This document shows positions 17,137 to 25,944 of a stretch of 57,578 bases of DNA, one piece after another. The first letter of the stretch is position 1; every line of letters starts with the position of its first letter. Position numbers and translations under genes: made by a program. The stretch comes from a virus (Duplodnaviria; Caudoviricetes): positions 1 through 57,578 of the IMG/VR virus record IMGVR_UViG_3300017647_000281; one strand, written 5' to 3'. The notes under the pieces were generated by a model, which made no database searches, had not been told where the DNA came from, and saw only the letters and a program-made list of their open reading frames with translations.

Positions 17137-19125
17137 TCAGTTGCCCGCGTTCATGTAGGTGCCGCGGTAGTCGATCCAGGCGGCGCCGAACACCAGGCGG
17201 GCCTTGATCTCCATGCCGTCCACCTCGAAGCCCTGGCGGGTTTCGGTGAACACGCCCTGCTCGCCCTCGAGGTAGGCGTACTCGAAGGTGTCCACGACGC
17301 CCGGGGCGGCGTAGAGGAACCACTGGTTGCCTTCGATGCGCGCGTCGACGATCACGGTCAGCGTGGTGTTGCGGCTGTCGTTGATGTCGGCGTTCTTGGC
17401 CGGCACATAGTTGGAACTGGTGAACTGGAAGGCCTCCAGTTCCTTGTCCGGGCCCACCACCAGGAACTCCGGCCCCAGGTTGAGGAAGTGACCGGCCTTG
17501 GACTTCTGCTTGCGCATCGCGGCGCGGGCCGCGGCGAGGGAGGCGGTGCTGATCGCCCCGCCGCTGGCGGCGACGTTGCCGTGCGCGGTGGAGTAGATTT
17601 CCTCGCCGTCCACGAAGGTGGGGTTACCCAGCAGCAGGTCCCACACCACGTTGGACTCGGTCTGGCCGGCGGCCGCGCCGAGGGCCTGCGGGATGCGGGT
17701 CAGCGCCGACAGATCATCGTTGACGATGGCCTCCCAGGTGATGGCGATGATCTTGCCGAACTTCGCCACCTTGATCGGCGCGCCCTCCTCGTCGAGGGTG
17801 CCGTACTTGTACTCGCCGGACTCGTTGACCTTCTCCAGCGCCGCGATGTCGCCCAGGGCCACGCGAGTGGCCTCACGGAAGTCCGGCAGACTGGTCTGAC
17901 GGCCCAGCGGGCGCCAGGTCTGCGGCGCGAGCTCGTAGGCAGCGCGCAGGGTGCGGTTCACGGTGCTGCCCAGCAGCAGGGGGAAGTCGCTGGTGGTGTG
18001 CATGCCGGCGGCGCGCACCGACTCGGCGCTGCAGCCCAGGGCGGCGGTGGCGATCTCGCGCGGCGTCAGGCCGCGCGAGTTGCCACCGGCCAGGCTGATG
18101 CATTCGCGGGCCAGGTCCAGCAGGCGCATGCCGCGGAACTCGCGGGCAGCGTCTTCCAGCTTGGTGGTCGGGCTGCAGCGGTGCTGCAGGGCGTTCTCCA
18201 TGGCGGAGCGCTTGGCACGGACCACCGACAGGTCGATGGTGCCCGACGGGGTCGGCTGCGCACTGCGGCTTTCCGGCTGCTCCGTCTGCTGACGCTCGGC
18301 CAGCTTGTCGATCATGGCGACGCTGGCCTGCTCGGCAGTGACGCCGCGCTCCACCAGGTCATCAGCGAAGGCCTCGTCCAGGCCCGCCTTGCGGGCCATC
18401 AGGCGGATGGCCTGGCCGCGCTTGCGCTCGGCCTCGGCGGCCTCGCGACGGGCGGTTTCCTCGGCCGCTCGGATTTCTTCTTCGGTCATCTTGGGTTCCT
18501 CTTGGGTCTTGGCCGAGACGGCCGGTTGCTCGGTCGGCGCGGCGGCCTCCCGGGTTTCGAAAACGGTGCTGAAGCGCGGGCCCTGGTAGTCGGCTTCCGT
18601 CTTGGTGCTGCGCGTCTTGGCGCCATCGTCGAAGCCGATCGGCACCAGCGAGAGCTCCATGGGCTCCCAGTCCACCGCGCGATAGGTGGGCAGCTTGTCG
18701 TCCGGCTCCTCGGTCATCTCGTAGCGATGCACCGAGTAGCCGACGCTGATGTTGCGCAGGATGCCGTCACGCACATCGCGGAAGATCGGCTCCACATCCT
18801 CGCGCTGGCTGAAGCGGACCAGGGCCCGGCCCTCCCCTCCCTCGAGCCAGGCGCGCTCGACGACGCCAATGACGTCGCCCAGCTCCCAGGTGCTGTGGGT
18901 ATTGAGGAAGGGGGCGCCGTTGTTCAGCCGCTCCAGGCGTACCGCCGATTCGCTGACCTCCAGCTCCTCCATGTAACTGCCGATGTCCCAGGACCAGCGG
19001 CGCCCCTTGGCGCCCGTGGTCCAGGTGATCTCGACGGTGCGATCTTCGATGTTCACCGAGTCGGGGCGGATGGCCGCCCGCAACTGGAGCATCGGCGTGT
19101 CATGCGTCTGTGCTTTCGCCGTCAT
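17137..19125 (-). CDS. Prohead protease / major capsid protein fusion
   Basis: N-terminal HK97-type protease (FLNTH, RNISVGY, ELSLVPIG) fused to a capsid domain (HTTSDFP.LL). Confidence 0.88.
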   Translation of the reverse strand: MTAKAQTHDTPMLQLRAAIRPDSVNIEDRTVEITWTTGAKGRRWSWDIGSYMEELEVSESAVRLERLNNGAPFLNTHSTWELGDVIGVVERAWLEGGEGRALVRFSQREDVEPIFRDVRDGILRNISVGYSVHRYEMTEEPDDKLPTYRAVDWEPMELSLVPIGFDDGAKTRSTKTEADYQGPRFSTVFETREAAAPTEQPAVSAKTQEEPKMTEEEIRAAEETARREAAEAERKRGQAIRLMARKAGLDEAFADDLVERGVTAEQASVAMIDKLAERQQTEQPESRSAQPTPSGTIDLSVVRAKRSAMENALQHRCSPTTKLEDAAREFRGMRLLDLARECISLAGGNSRGLTPREIATAALGCSAESVRAAGMHTTSDFPLLLGSTVNRTLRAAYELAPQTWRPLGRQTSLPDFREATRVALGDIAALEKVNESGEYKYGTLDEEGAPIKVAKFGKIIAITWEAIVNDDLSALTRIPQALGAAAGQTESNVVWDLLLGNPTFVDGEEIYSTAHGNVAASGGAISTASLAAARAAMRKQKSKAGHFLNLGPEFLVVGPDKELEAFQFTSSNYVPAKNADINDSRNTTLTVIVDARIEGNQWFLYAAPGVVDTFEYAYLEGEQGVFTETRQGFEVDGMEIKARLVFGAAWIDYRGTYMNAGN

Positions 19126-20605
19126 CTGTCGGTTTCTCTTCAGTGGGGTTGTCGGTTGGCGCCGCATTGCCGGCACCAGACATCCGCCGGGGATCGCAGT
19201 CGAGCACCAGGCCCAGCTTGTCCAGCAGGTCGTTGGCCTTCTGGATCTGCTCGGCGTGGGCTTCCGGATCGGTCACGCCCAACTCGCGCAAGGCATCCGT
19301 CCAGGGCGTGAAGCCGTTGCGCACACGGTCCTTGAGGTTCGAGGTCTCGGTGGAGGGGTCGACCATCTCCCGACGCGGCGGAATCCATTCGGCGGAGGCA
19401 TCGCCAGCCACGCCGGCCGGCACCAGCAACTGCGCCTCCATGAACCAGCGCCAGGCGCTTTCGCACAGCTGCGGAATCAGCATCCGCCACTGCCATACGT
19501 CCACCCGCCGGGCGAAGTGCAGCCAGCCCATGCGCCCACTGGAGAAGTTCACCCCCTTCAGGTCATGGGAGAGCAGTTCGTAGGGGATGCCCAGGCCCAC
19601 CGAGATGGCATGCAGGGCCTGCCACGAATAGGTGGAGTAGCCATTGAATGCCGGCGGCGAGGCGAAGCTCACATCCTCGCCAGGGCCAAGCTCCTGGATG
19701 ATCCCCGGTTCGATTCGCTCGATCAGCGGAGGCTTCTTCGCCCCGCCGCCCGCCGCATCGTCCTTGGTGACGAAGGCGGCGTAGCAGGCAGCGATCTTCG
19801 CCTGCTCCATCACCGCGTCTTCCATCTCGTCGAAGCTGCGCACGCGCTGCATCACCGGCGCCAACCAGGTGTAGCCGCGCGCCTGCCCCGGGCGCTTCGG
19901 CAGGAAGATGTGTGCCACGTCCTCCGCCGGGATGCGCCGCGACTGCATGCTGCGCCAGGTTCCGCTGGAGCCGGGGTGCTCGTCGAACAGCCAGTAAGCG
20001 ACGCGCCGGCCGATGGAATCGAACTCGACACCCTGGATGATCAGGTTGCCGCCGTTCTGCCCGTCCTTCTCCTCGTCGAGGAAGTCCGGTTCCAGGACCT
20101 GCAGCTGAAGCGGAACGGCCAGGCCGTCTGTGCTCTTACGGCGCCGTCGGCGCACCAGGCATTCGCCAGACTCGACCACCGTCTCCATGATCTTGTGCTG
20201 CAGCCCGGAGAAGTTCTCCAGCCCGTCGGCATCGCACTGGACGGAGTCGGCCCAGACGCGCCAGAGCGCGGCCAGTTTCTTCCCGGCACGCTCACTGCCG
20301 CCGATTGGTCGCGGCACGATGCCGGCACCCACCACGTTGTCAGCGATGCCGGTGATGGCCCGCTCGACATAGGGGTTGTTGCGGCGCAGGTCCCTGGCGC
20401 GGTTGCGCAACACGGCCAGGGCCGGGGCGTTCTCGGTGTTGGCATCGGTGCCGGCCGAGCGCCAGCCATCGTTCCGGCGGCCGCCGGCGGCCCCCTCGAA
20501 ACGGCGCTCCATGAGCTGCAGCCGGAGCTCCGCCTGCTTTTGTCGTAGGCGAGCCTCGGCGCGCTTCGCGGCGCGGCCGGGAAGCCAGGTGTCAAGGAAG
20601 CCCAT
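19100..20605 (-). CDS. Portal protein, lambda family
   Basis: LRNRARDLRRNN, RPGQARG, VNFSSGR motifs. Confidence 0.92.
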   Translation of the reverse strand: MGFLDTWLPGRAAKRAEARLRQKQAELRLQLMERRFEGAAGGRRNDGWRSAGTDANTENAPALAVLRNRARDLRRNNPYVERAITGIADNVVGAGIVPRPIGGSERAGKKLAALWRVWADSVQCDADGLENFSGLQHKIMETVVESGECLVRRRRRKSTDGLAVPLQLQVLEPDFLDEEKDGQNGGNLIIQGVEFDSIGRRVAYWLFDEHPGSSGTWRSMQSRRIPAEDVAHIFLPKRPGQARGYTWLAPVMQRVRSFDEMEDAVMEQAKIAACYAAFVTKDDAAGGGAKKPPLIERIEPGIIQELGPGEDVSFASPPAFNGYSTYSWQALHAISVGLGIPYELLSHDLKGVNFSSGRMGWLHFARRVDVWQWRMLIPQLCESAWRWFMEAQLLVPAGVAGDASAEWIPPRREMVDPSTETSNLKDRVRNGFTPWTDALRELGVTDPEAHAEQIQKANDLLDKLGLVLDCDPRRMSGAGNAAPTDNPTEEKPTDDGESTDA

Positions 20606-20606
20606 G

Positions 20607-20810
20607 TCAGAAGCCTTTCGAGAAGGAGGCGAAGCGGCGAGTGCCGTTGCTATTGGCGTTCAGGCCCAGGTCGGATTCCATGTGCCGCAGGATCCGGATC
20701 ATTTCGTCGACCGACCGATAGGTGACGCTGCGGTCGGCGAAGCGCACCGACAAGGCGCCTTCGGCGATGGCCGCCTTCAGCGCCTCATACTGTTCCAGGG
20801 TGTAGGCCAT
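20607..20810 (-). CDS. gpW-like head completion protein
   Basis: ALKAAIAEG...V.FADRSVTYRSVDEM, between terL and portal. Confidence 0.85.
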   Translation of the reverse strand: MAYTLEQYEALKAAIAEGALSVRFADRSVTYRSVDEMIRILRHMESDLGLNANSNGTRRFASFSKGF

Positions 20811-22756
20811 CAGTTCCGCTTCCAGTAGTTGGATTTCGCCCGCGGGCGCTCGTCTTCGGTAACAGCCTCGTCGCCGCCTGGCGCCGGCTGTTGCGCCAGC
20901 AGATCCAGGTCAGCGCCGAAGCGCTGTTGGCTAATGCGCAGCGCGGCCAGGGCCCCCACCAGGCAGTCCAGCCCCTCGTTCCGCCGCCCCCTGGCATCCC
21001 AGCGATGCACCCATACGCCGTTGACCAGCTTGCGCAGCTTCTCCTCGGCGACGAGCTGCTTCGTCTCGTTCTCGTCGCAGATGTCGTCGTTCGCTGGCAG
21101 GTGGATGACGCCTGGCTGCGAGATGCCGGCCTGCGACTTCACCGTGTCGACGGGCATCCGGTAGCGGCCGTAGACCAGCTCCTTGGCGTTGTCGGTCCCG
21201 ATCTCGGTCAGGTAGACCTTGCTGACCTTGCTGCGCGTGCGCGGCATGTTGGCGATCGGCTTGCCGTACTGGCTTGCCCCCTTGGTGGGGACCACCCAGA
21301 GCACGCCATGCTTGCGGCTCTCTGCGTACACCTCGTCGGTGTAGTGGCCACCGGAGTCCCAGCCCCAGCGGTCGACCTTCATCACCAGGCCATCCGCTCG
21401 GGTGAACTGCCGCTGCAGTTCCAGGCCAACCTTGCGCCGGAGTTCCTCGCTGGCCGGGTCGCCCATGAGGATGAATCGGTGCACCAGCCAGGCCTCCTCG
21501 CCCGGCCCCCATGCCCATACGCGGCCCTCGTAGCGGTCGTCCTGGGTGTCGATGAAGCCGGTCAGCAGCACCGCCAGGGCCGGCACCTGACCGGTCCATA
21601 CCTCGCGGCGGCCGTACAGCACCTCCCAGTCGACCTTCTCGCCTTCGCTCTCGTCGAACGTCTCGCCCAGGGTGGTGTTGACGAAGGTCTTTAGCTTGTT
21701 GCGGTCGTCCTTGGCCTTGAGAAAGTCCAGGACGATCCGCCCCCAGGTCGTGAACGGGCTGTAGGCCGTCCAGACGTGGAAGGTGACCGACTCCGGCGTT
21801 GGCATGGCGGCGCCGTCGGCGTCGTAGAAGTCCAGAGCATCGCGAGTCCAGATGCCGGTTCGCTCACACACCCAGCGCCCCCTCGGCTGCTGGGCCTGCA
21901 TCTCGTGCTGCTGCACGTCGCAGCCACTGGCCGCGCACTTGTACCAGGCATCCTGCGGACGCTCAGGCGCCCACTTGATGCCGAACTCGCAATCCTTCCC
22001 GCCCCATAGCAGTGGCTGCTCCACCTGGCAGTGCGGGCAAGGCACGTGCAGGCGAAACAGGTGCGGCGACTCGCCGGCCGCCGCCTCGATCTGGCAGGTT
22101 CCTTTGATCTTCGGCGTGCTGCCCCGGATCGATTTCGGGAACGTCGAGCCCTCGATGCGCTTGTCGCCAAGGAATGTCGGCGAGCCCTCTTTCTCCACGT
22201 CAGGCTCGAAGGCCGCCAGCTCGTCGTAGATGACCGTGTCGGCCGAGAGCTCCCGGTAGTTCTTCGCCGCCGCCCCGCCGCGGCACCACAGCTGCTTGCC
22301 GTGAGTGAAGCGCTTGGTGTCCAGCGTGTTGTCGCGGTGCTTGGAGCCGTACCACGGCGCGAGCTCGCGAACGACCGGAACGTCGCGGATCATGGTTTCG
22401 ATCTGCGACTTCATGAAGCCGGCGGCGCTGCCGTCGGTGGGAACCAGGAACAGGATGTTCCGCCGCTTGTGCTCGACCTGGTAGGCGGCAGCAGCCAGCA
22501 GCATCTTGGAATAGCCAACCCGGGCTGACTTGATCACGTTGACGGTACGGATCTCGTCGTTGCCCATGGCGTTCAGGATCGCTACCTGGAAGGGCAGCGT
22601 CTCCCAGGCACCTTCCTGGTAGGACGACTCGCTGGACAGGTAGAAGTTATCGTCCGCCCACTCCACCGGCGTCTGCGGCGCCGGCCGCTCCAGCGGCTTC
22701 AGACCGGCCCGGATGGCCGAGGCGAGCTCAGTCAGCTGTGGTTGCGAGATATTCAT
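20810..22756 (-). CDS. Terminase large subunit (lambda gpA family)
   Basis: KSARVGYSK Walker A, YDEL Walker B, GSTPK. Confidence 0.95.
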   Translation of the reverse strand: MNISQPQLTELASAIRAGLKPLERPAPQTPVEWADDNFYLSSESSYQEGAWETLPFQVAILNAMGNDEIRTVNVIKSARVGYSKMLLAAAAYQVEHKRRNILFLVPTDGSAAGFMKSQIETMIRDVPVVRELAPWYGSKHRDNTLDTKRFTHGKQLWCRGGAAAKNYRELSADTVIYDELAAFEPDVEKEGSPTFLGDKRIEGSTFPKSIRGSTPKIKGTCQIEAAAGESPHLFRLHVPCPHCQVEQPLLWGGKDCEFGIKWAPERPQDAWYKCAASGCDVQQHEMQAQQPRGRWVCERTGIWTRDALDFYDADGAAMPTPESVTFHVWTAYSPFTTWGRIVLDFLKAKDDRNKLKTFVNTTLGETFDESEGEKVDWEVLYGRREVWTGQVPALAVLLTGFIDTQDDRYEGRVWAWGPGEEAWLVHRFILMGDPASEELRRKVGLELQRQFTRADGLVMKVDRWGWDSGGHYTDEVYAESRKHGVLWVVPTKGASQYGKPIANMPRTRSKVSKVYLTEIGTDNAKELVYGRYRMPVDTVKSQAGISQPGVIHLPANDDICDENETKQLVAEEKLRKLVNGVWVHRWDARGRRNEGLDCLVGALAALRISQQRFGADLDLLAQQPAPGGDEAVTEDERPRAKSNYWKRN

Positions 22757-23261
22757 CCAGTAATCCAGGCAGGCGCTCGTCGAGCTGCGCGGCCCGGTTG
22801 CGAGCCTTCGACAGCTCGCGTTGCACCGATTCGATGTGGCGAACCTCAAGGTCCGGGTGGCGCCGTTTCAAGGTCAGGGGCAGGGTGTCGAGGATCGAAG
22901 CGATTTCGGCTGCCAGCTTGGAGAAAGCAAACATGGCGAAGTCCGTCGGCACTGCGCGCCGGCGGCTGATGTCGTTCTTCAGCTCCTGCCCCTCGGCCTG
23001 AGCCGCAGTCAGCCGCAAGCGCTCCTGCGTCAGCTTGTGCTCGGCAAGCGGGTCAATACCCTCGGGGTATTCAGGGTCCGTTTCCGGTTTGACCTGGTTG
23101 CTACCCAGCCCCCGCAGATAGCGGATGTACGCCAGGCGGCAGGCGTCAATGTCGAAGCCGCCCTTCCCCTTCGAACCAGGCAGGACGCCGTCTGCAAGCA
23201 GATTTCGAACCTGCCGGTCGCTCAGGTCGAGGTGCTTCGCTATCTCGATCTGCGTGGCCAT
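22728..23261 (-). CDS. Terminase small subunit (Nu1-like)
   Basis: N-terminal HTH (MATQIEIAKHLDLSDRQVRNL); overlaps terL. Confidence 0.9.
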   Translation of the reverse strand: MATQIEIAKHLDLSDRQVRNLLADGVLPGSKGKGGFDIDACRLAYIRYLRGLGSNQVKPETDPEYPEGIDPLAEHKLTQERLRLTAAQAEGQELKNDISRRRAVPTDFAMFAFSKLAAEIASILDTLPLTLKRRHPDLEVRHIESVQRELSKARNRAAQLDERLPGLLDEYLATTAD

Positions 23262-23289
23262 GAATCACCAAACCGGAACCGGAAACGGT

Positions 23290-23400
23290 CCCTCCTGAAA
23301 AAGCTGGTATGTAGTCCGCGGTCGGGGTTCGAATTACCCTCGACGGCCCCACCCCCGGGGAGAACCTAGACAGGGGGTGCCCCAACCAGGGATTTTTTCG
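23290..23400. other. Probable cos packaging region
   Basis: GC-rich non-coding stretch just upstream of the Nu1-like gene in a gpA-type phage; exact nick site not determined. Confidence 0.4.
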
Positions 23401-23506
23401 CCTTGAGGGTTCCAGCTGGTTTTAGGTTTTGTGCTGGACAATAAGAATCACGCACCAAAACCGTGCAGCCACTCCAGGCACGGCGCGGAAGGTCACAAGC
23501 CCCGGT

Positions 23507-24295
23507 TTAGGCCCGCGGGCCCGACCGAGGTCGGCGCCTCCATTCAGTCGGCGTCCGTCCCTGCGCAGCCTTGGCAATGGCCTCCTCGATGTTCGCCTCC
23601 AGCCTGGCGTCGTCCTCGGCGATGCGTCGCACCACCTCGAAGAACTTGAAGCGCTCGCGGTACTGGGGCGAGCGCACGAAGGCCAGCACCATCACCAGCG
23701 TCTTGTCGCGCCGCTCACCGATGCCGATTGGCACCCTGCCCCGCTTCATCACGAAGTAGGCCTGCTGGTGCCCCTTGGCCAGAGACCTGGCGCTGTCGGT
23801 GGCGTTGTGCTTGGAACCCTCTCGGTACTCCAGGGCGCCCAGGCCAGACAGGATCTGGATCATCTGGCCGCGGCTCATGTTGCCGTACTGGTCCAGGCGA
23901 GCACCTGCGGCGGGCACGATGAACATCCCCTTGGGCAAGATGCCCTTGGCTCGCAGGTTGCGCTCCGAAGCCTTGTCCACCCGGGGACCGCCGAATACCT
24001 GGGGCGCCACCCAGTCTTCCGGCGCCTGCCCCTTCGATGCATGGTCCTTCTCGTCCTTCACCCACAGCGCAGCCTCCAGGCGGTTCGGCGTAGCGCTCAG
24101 GATGCGGATGGCGTTGCGAGTGAAGGGCGTCGGCTGATCGAACACATCGTCAATCTCCGACCGCAGTGCCTGGTTCGCCTGGTTGGCGGTGTGGTTCAGG
24201 GCGTCGGCCAGCACACGGTTGGGCAGATCGCCGCCAAGGCCAGCCAGGGAGGCGACTGCGTCGTCCAGGTCCTGGGCACTGATGCTTCCGCGCAT
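23507..24295 (-). CDS. Conserved phage late protein (neck/minor tail gpZ-like)
   Basis: ADALNHTA...VFDQPTPFT motif; lies between holin and terS. Confidence 0.6.
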   Translation of the reverse strand: MRGSISAQDLDDAVASLAGLGGDLPNRVLADALNHTANQANQALRSEIDDVFDQPTPFTRNAIRILSATPNRLEAALWVKDEKDHASKGQAPEDWVAPQVFGGPRVDKASERNLRAKGILPKGMFIVPAAGARLDQYGNMSRGQMIQILSGLGALEYREGSKHNATDSARSLAKGHQQAYFVMKRGRVPIGIGERRDKTLVMVLAFVRSPQYRERFKFFEVVRRIAEDDARLEANIEEAIAKAAQGRTPTEWRRRPRSGPRA

Positions 24296-24297
24296 GG

Positions 24298-24627
24298 TCA
24301 GCCCTCGCGCTTCGGCAGCTTCCAGTCGGCAAAGCGATCGGCAAGCTCGGCGATCTTCTTCACACCGAGGAAGCCTGTGAACACGCCGGCCGCCGTAGCC
24401 ATGTTCTGGGGCAGGCCGAGCCACTCCATGACGGGGATCAGGCCCAGGGTGATCAGCGTGCAGAGCGCAGCCTCAAGGAACGCCTGCCGACGAGTGCCGC
24501 CGCCATAGATCACGCGGGTAAGTGCGACCAGGAAGGACAGACCGCCTGCGTACAGCACGGGCGCGTGCTGGCTCAGCCACGCGAGCGCAATGGCCAGGAG
24601 CTCGGGCTTGTCGGACATCTTCATCAT
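24298..24627 (-). CDS. Holin, lambda S family, with dual-start motif
   Basis: Three TM segments, GFLGVKKI, basic C-terminus; starts MMKMS. Confidence 0.88.
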   Translation of the reverse strand: MMKMSDKPELLAIALAWLSQHAPVLYAGGLSFLVALTRVIYGGGTRRQAFLEAALCTLITLGLIPVMEWLGLPQNMATAAGVFTGFLGVKKIAELADRFADWKLPKREG

Positions 24628-24656
24628 CTCGATATCCCCTCTGCGGGGCGGAAACG

Positions 24657-24681
24657 AAAAAGCCCAGCGCTATGGCTGGGC
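24657..24681 (-). terminator. Terminator-like hairpin before the holin
   Basis: Minus strand GCCCAGC-CATAGC-GCTGGGC-TTTTTCGTTT. Confidence 0.6.
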
Positions 24682-24688
24682 CTTGGTA

Positions 24689-24846
24689 TGGGTGCAGGGG
24701 CCGGCGCTGATCTCCGGCTTACCCGTGTTCAAGGGGCTACCCACAGTTACTGACGGTGCCTCGCCGCACTTCCCCGAAGGGCGCATTCAAGCGGTACCCG
24801 GATTTCCAGTGGCCACATCGCGCATCAGCCTGCGCATTCACCTGCA
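24689..24846 (-). ncRNA. Candidate tRNA-shaped kissing-loop RNA in the late leader
   Basis: Closing stem TGCAGG/CCTGCA then CCCA; hairpins GCGCA-GGCTGA-TGCGC and GCCGG-AGATCAGCG-CCGGC with complementary loops; internal cUUCGg. Confidence 0.6.
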
Positions 24847-25012
24847 TTGAGTGCGTGTCTTTCCACGCTGCCCGAACAGGCCGCACCGGGAGTATCGAGG
24901 ATGGCGATACGCCTGTTCTGCCGGTGTTTTCCCGTATCACCGCACCGCCGGCAGACGGTGTTCGGCTCCCCCTTGCGGGCCGTGCCGACCACGGTTCCAA
25001 ATCTCTGGGCAA

Positions 25013-25040
25013 TAAAAAACCCGGCGCAAGGGCCGGGTTT
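25013..25040 (-). terminator. tR'-like late terminator
   Basis: Minus strand AAACCCGGC-CCTTGC-GCCGGGTTTTTT shortly after the late promoter. Confidence 0.8.
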
Positions 25041-25083
25041 CGTTGCCGGTCTGTGCGACGCGCACGGATCAGCAGATGTGGGC

Positions 25084-25112
25084 AATTTCGCTCAAACGCT
25101 CACACAAGTCAA
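25084..25112 (-). promoter_or_regulatory. pR'-like late promoter with tandem repeat in the spacer
   Basis: TTGACT-17 bp-GAAATT directly after the Q-like gene; TGAGCG-TT-TGAGCG direct repeat. Confidence 0.6.
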
Positions 25113-25666
25113 CCCACCTCCAGCAACCTTTCGCGCTCCAGGATCTCGGTCACGTGCACCATGGCCTGCTCCTCCAACGCATCCAGCGCCTTCCAGATAT
25201 CTCGCCGCCATCGACTCCTGGTCGAGTCAGGCCGCGCCTCGGTGTCCCACTCGTTGATGTCGTACCACTTGTCAGAGAGCACCAGGACATCGGTCGAGCG
25301 CTTGCCGTCCTTCCCCTTCAGCTTCGGGATGCACCAGCTCGATACCGCGTAGGTCAGGAAGATACGCGGCGCCGGGCTGGAGATCCTGGCTGGCATCCGG
25401 CTCACCGCCTGCAATCGCCGGCCGTTGTGCGTCGAATACCGGGCGTACAGCACATCCCACTCCACCGGCAGCAGCTCGCGGTGCAGCAAGGCGTGCAGCA
25501 TGCAGTCGAACTCGAACTGGTCCCGGGCCGACAGCAAGGCGCGGTAGCCGCCGTCGACCTTGCGATCGATCAGCTTCTGCCAGCTCTGCTTCGCCGTGTT
25601 GTCGATGGCATCGGCGGCCAGGACGCGGACGATCGCCGGCAGCACGTCTCGATAGATTCCTGTCAT
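25109..25666 (-). CDS. Putative late antiterminator (Q-like)
   Basis: Position before the promoter-terminator-holin unit; C-terminal ST.SRWRRDI HTH-like segment. Confidence 0.65.
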   Translation of the reverse strand: MTGIYRDVLPAIVRVLAADAIDNTAKQSWQKLIDRKVDGGYRALLSARDQFEFDCMLHALLHRELLPVEWDVLYARYSTHNGRRLQAVSRMPARISSPAPRIFLTYAVSSWCIPKLKGKDGKRSTDVLVLSDKWYDINEWDTEARPDSTRSRWRRDIWKALDALEEQAMVHVTEILERERLLEVG

Positions 25667-25944
25667 GCGGCCCCCTTCGGCGGCGGGGTGATCCCCAGGA
25701 CATCGCGCAGCAGTTGCTCGGCCGCGGCGCCTTTGACGTTGCCCTGCAGCACCCATGCCTTGGCGAAGTCCTCGAAGCAGAGGGGCGACGGGCTGCCCAT
25801 CCAACTGGCCACCAGCTGGAGCAGGCACGCCATCACCGTGGGCCCGGCGGCCATGGATGGCAGTTCCTGGGCCAGCACCTGGAGCAGCTTGCGCTCGGGC
25901 TGGGTCATGCTTTTCCGCGGCGCGAGGGCCGTTACGTTGGTCAT
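25663..25944 (-). CDS. Hypothetical protein
   Basis: Translationally coupled between the helicase and the Q-like gene. Confidence 0.65.
   Translation of the reverse strand: MTNVTALAPRKSMTQPERKLLQVLAQELPSMAAGPTVMACLLQLVASWMGSPSPLCFEDFAKAWVLQGNVKGAAAEQLLRDVLGITPPPKGAA

Noticed and set aside
24689-24846. Canonical tRNA gene
   Set aside because: No TTC T-loop and no 7-nt anticodon loop; kept only as a tRNA-like candidate.
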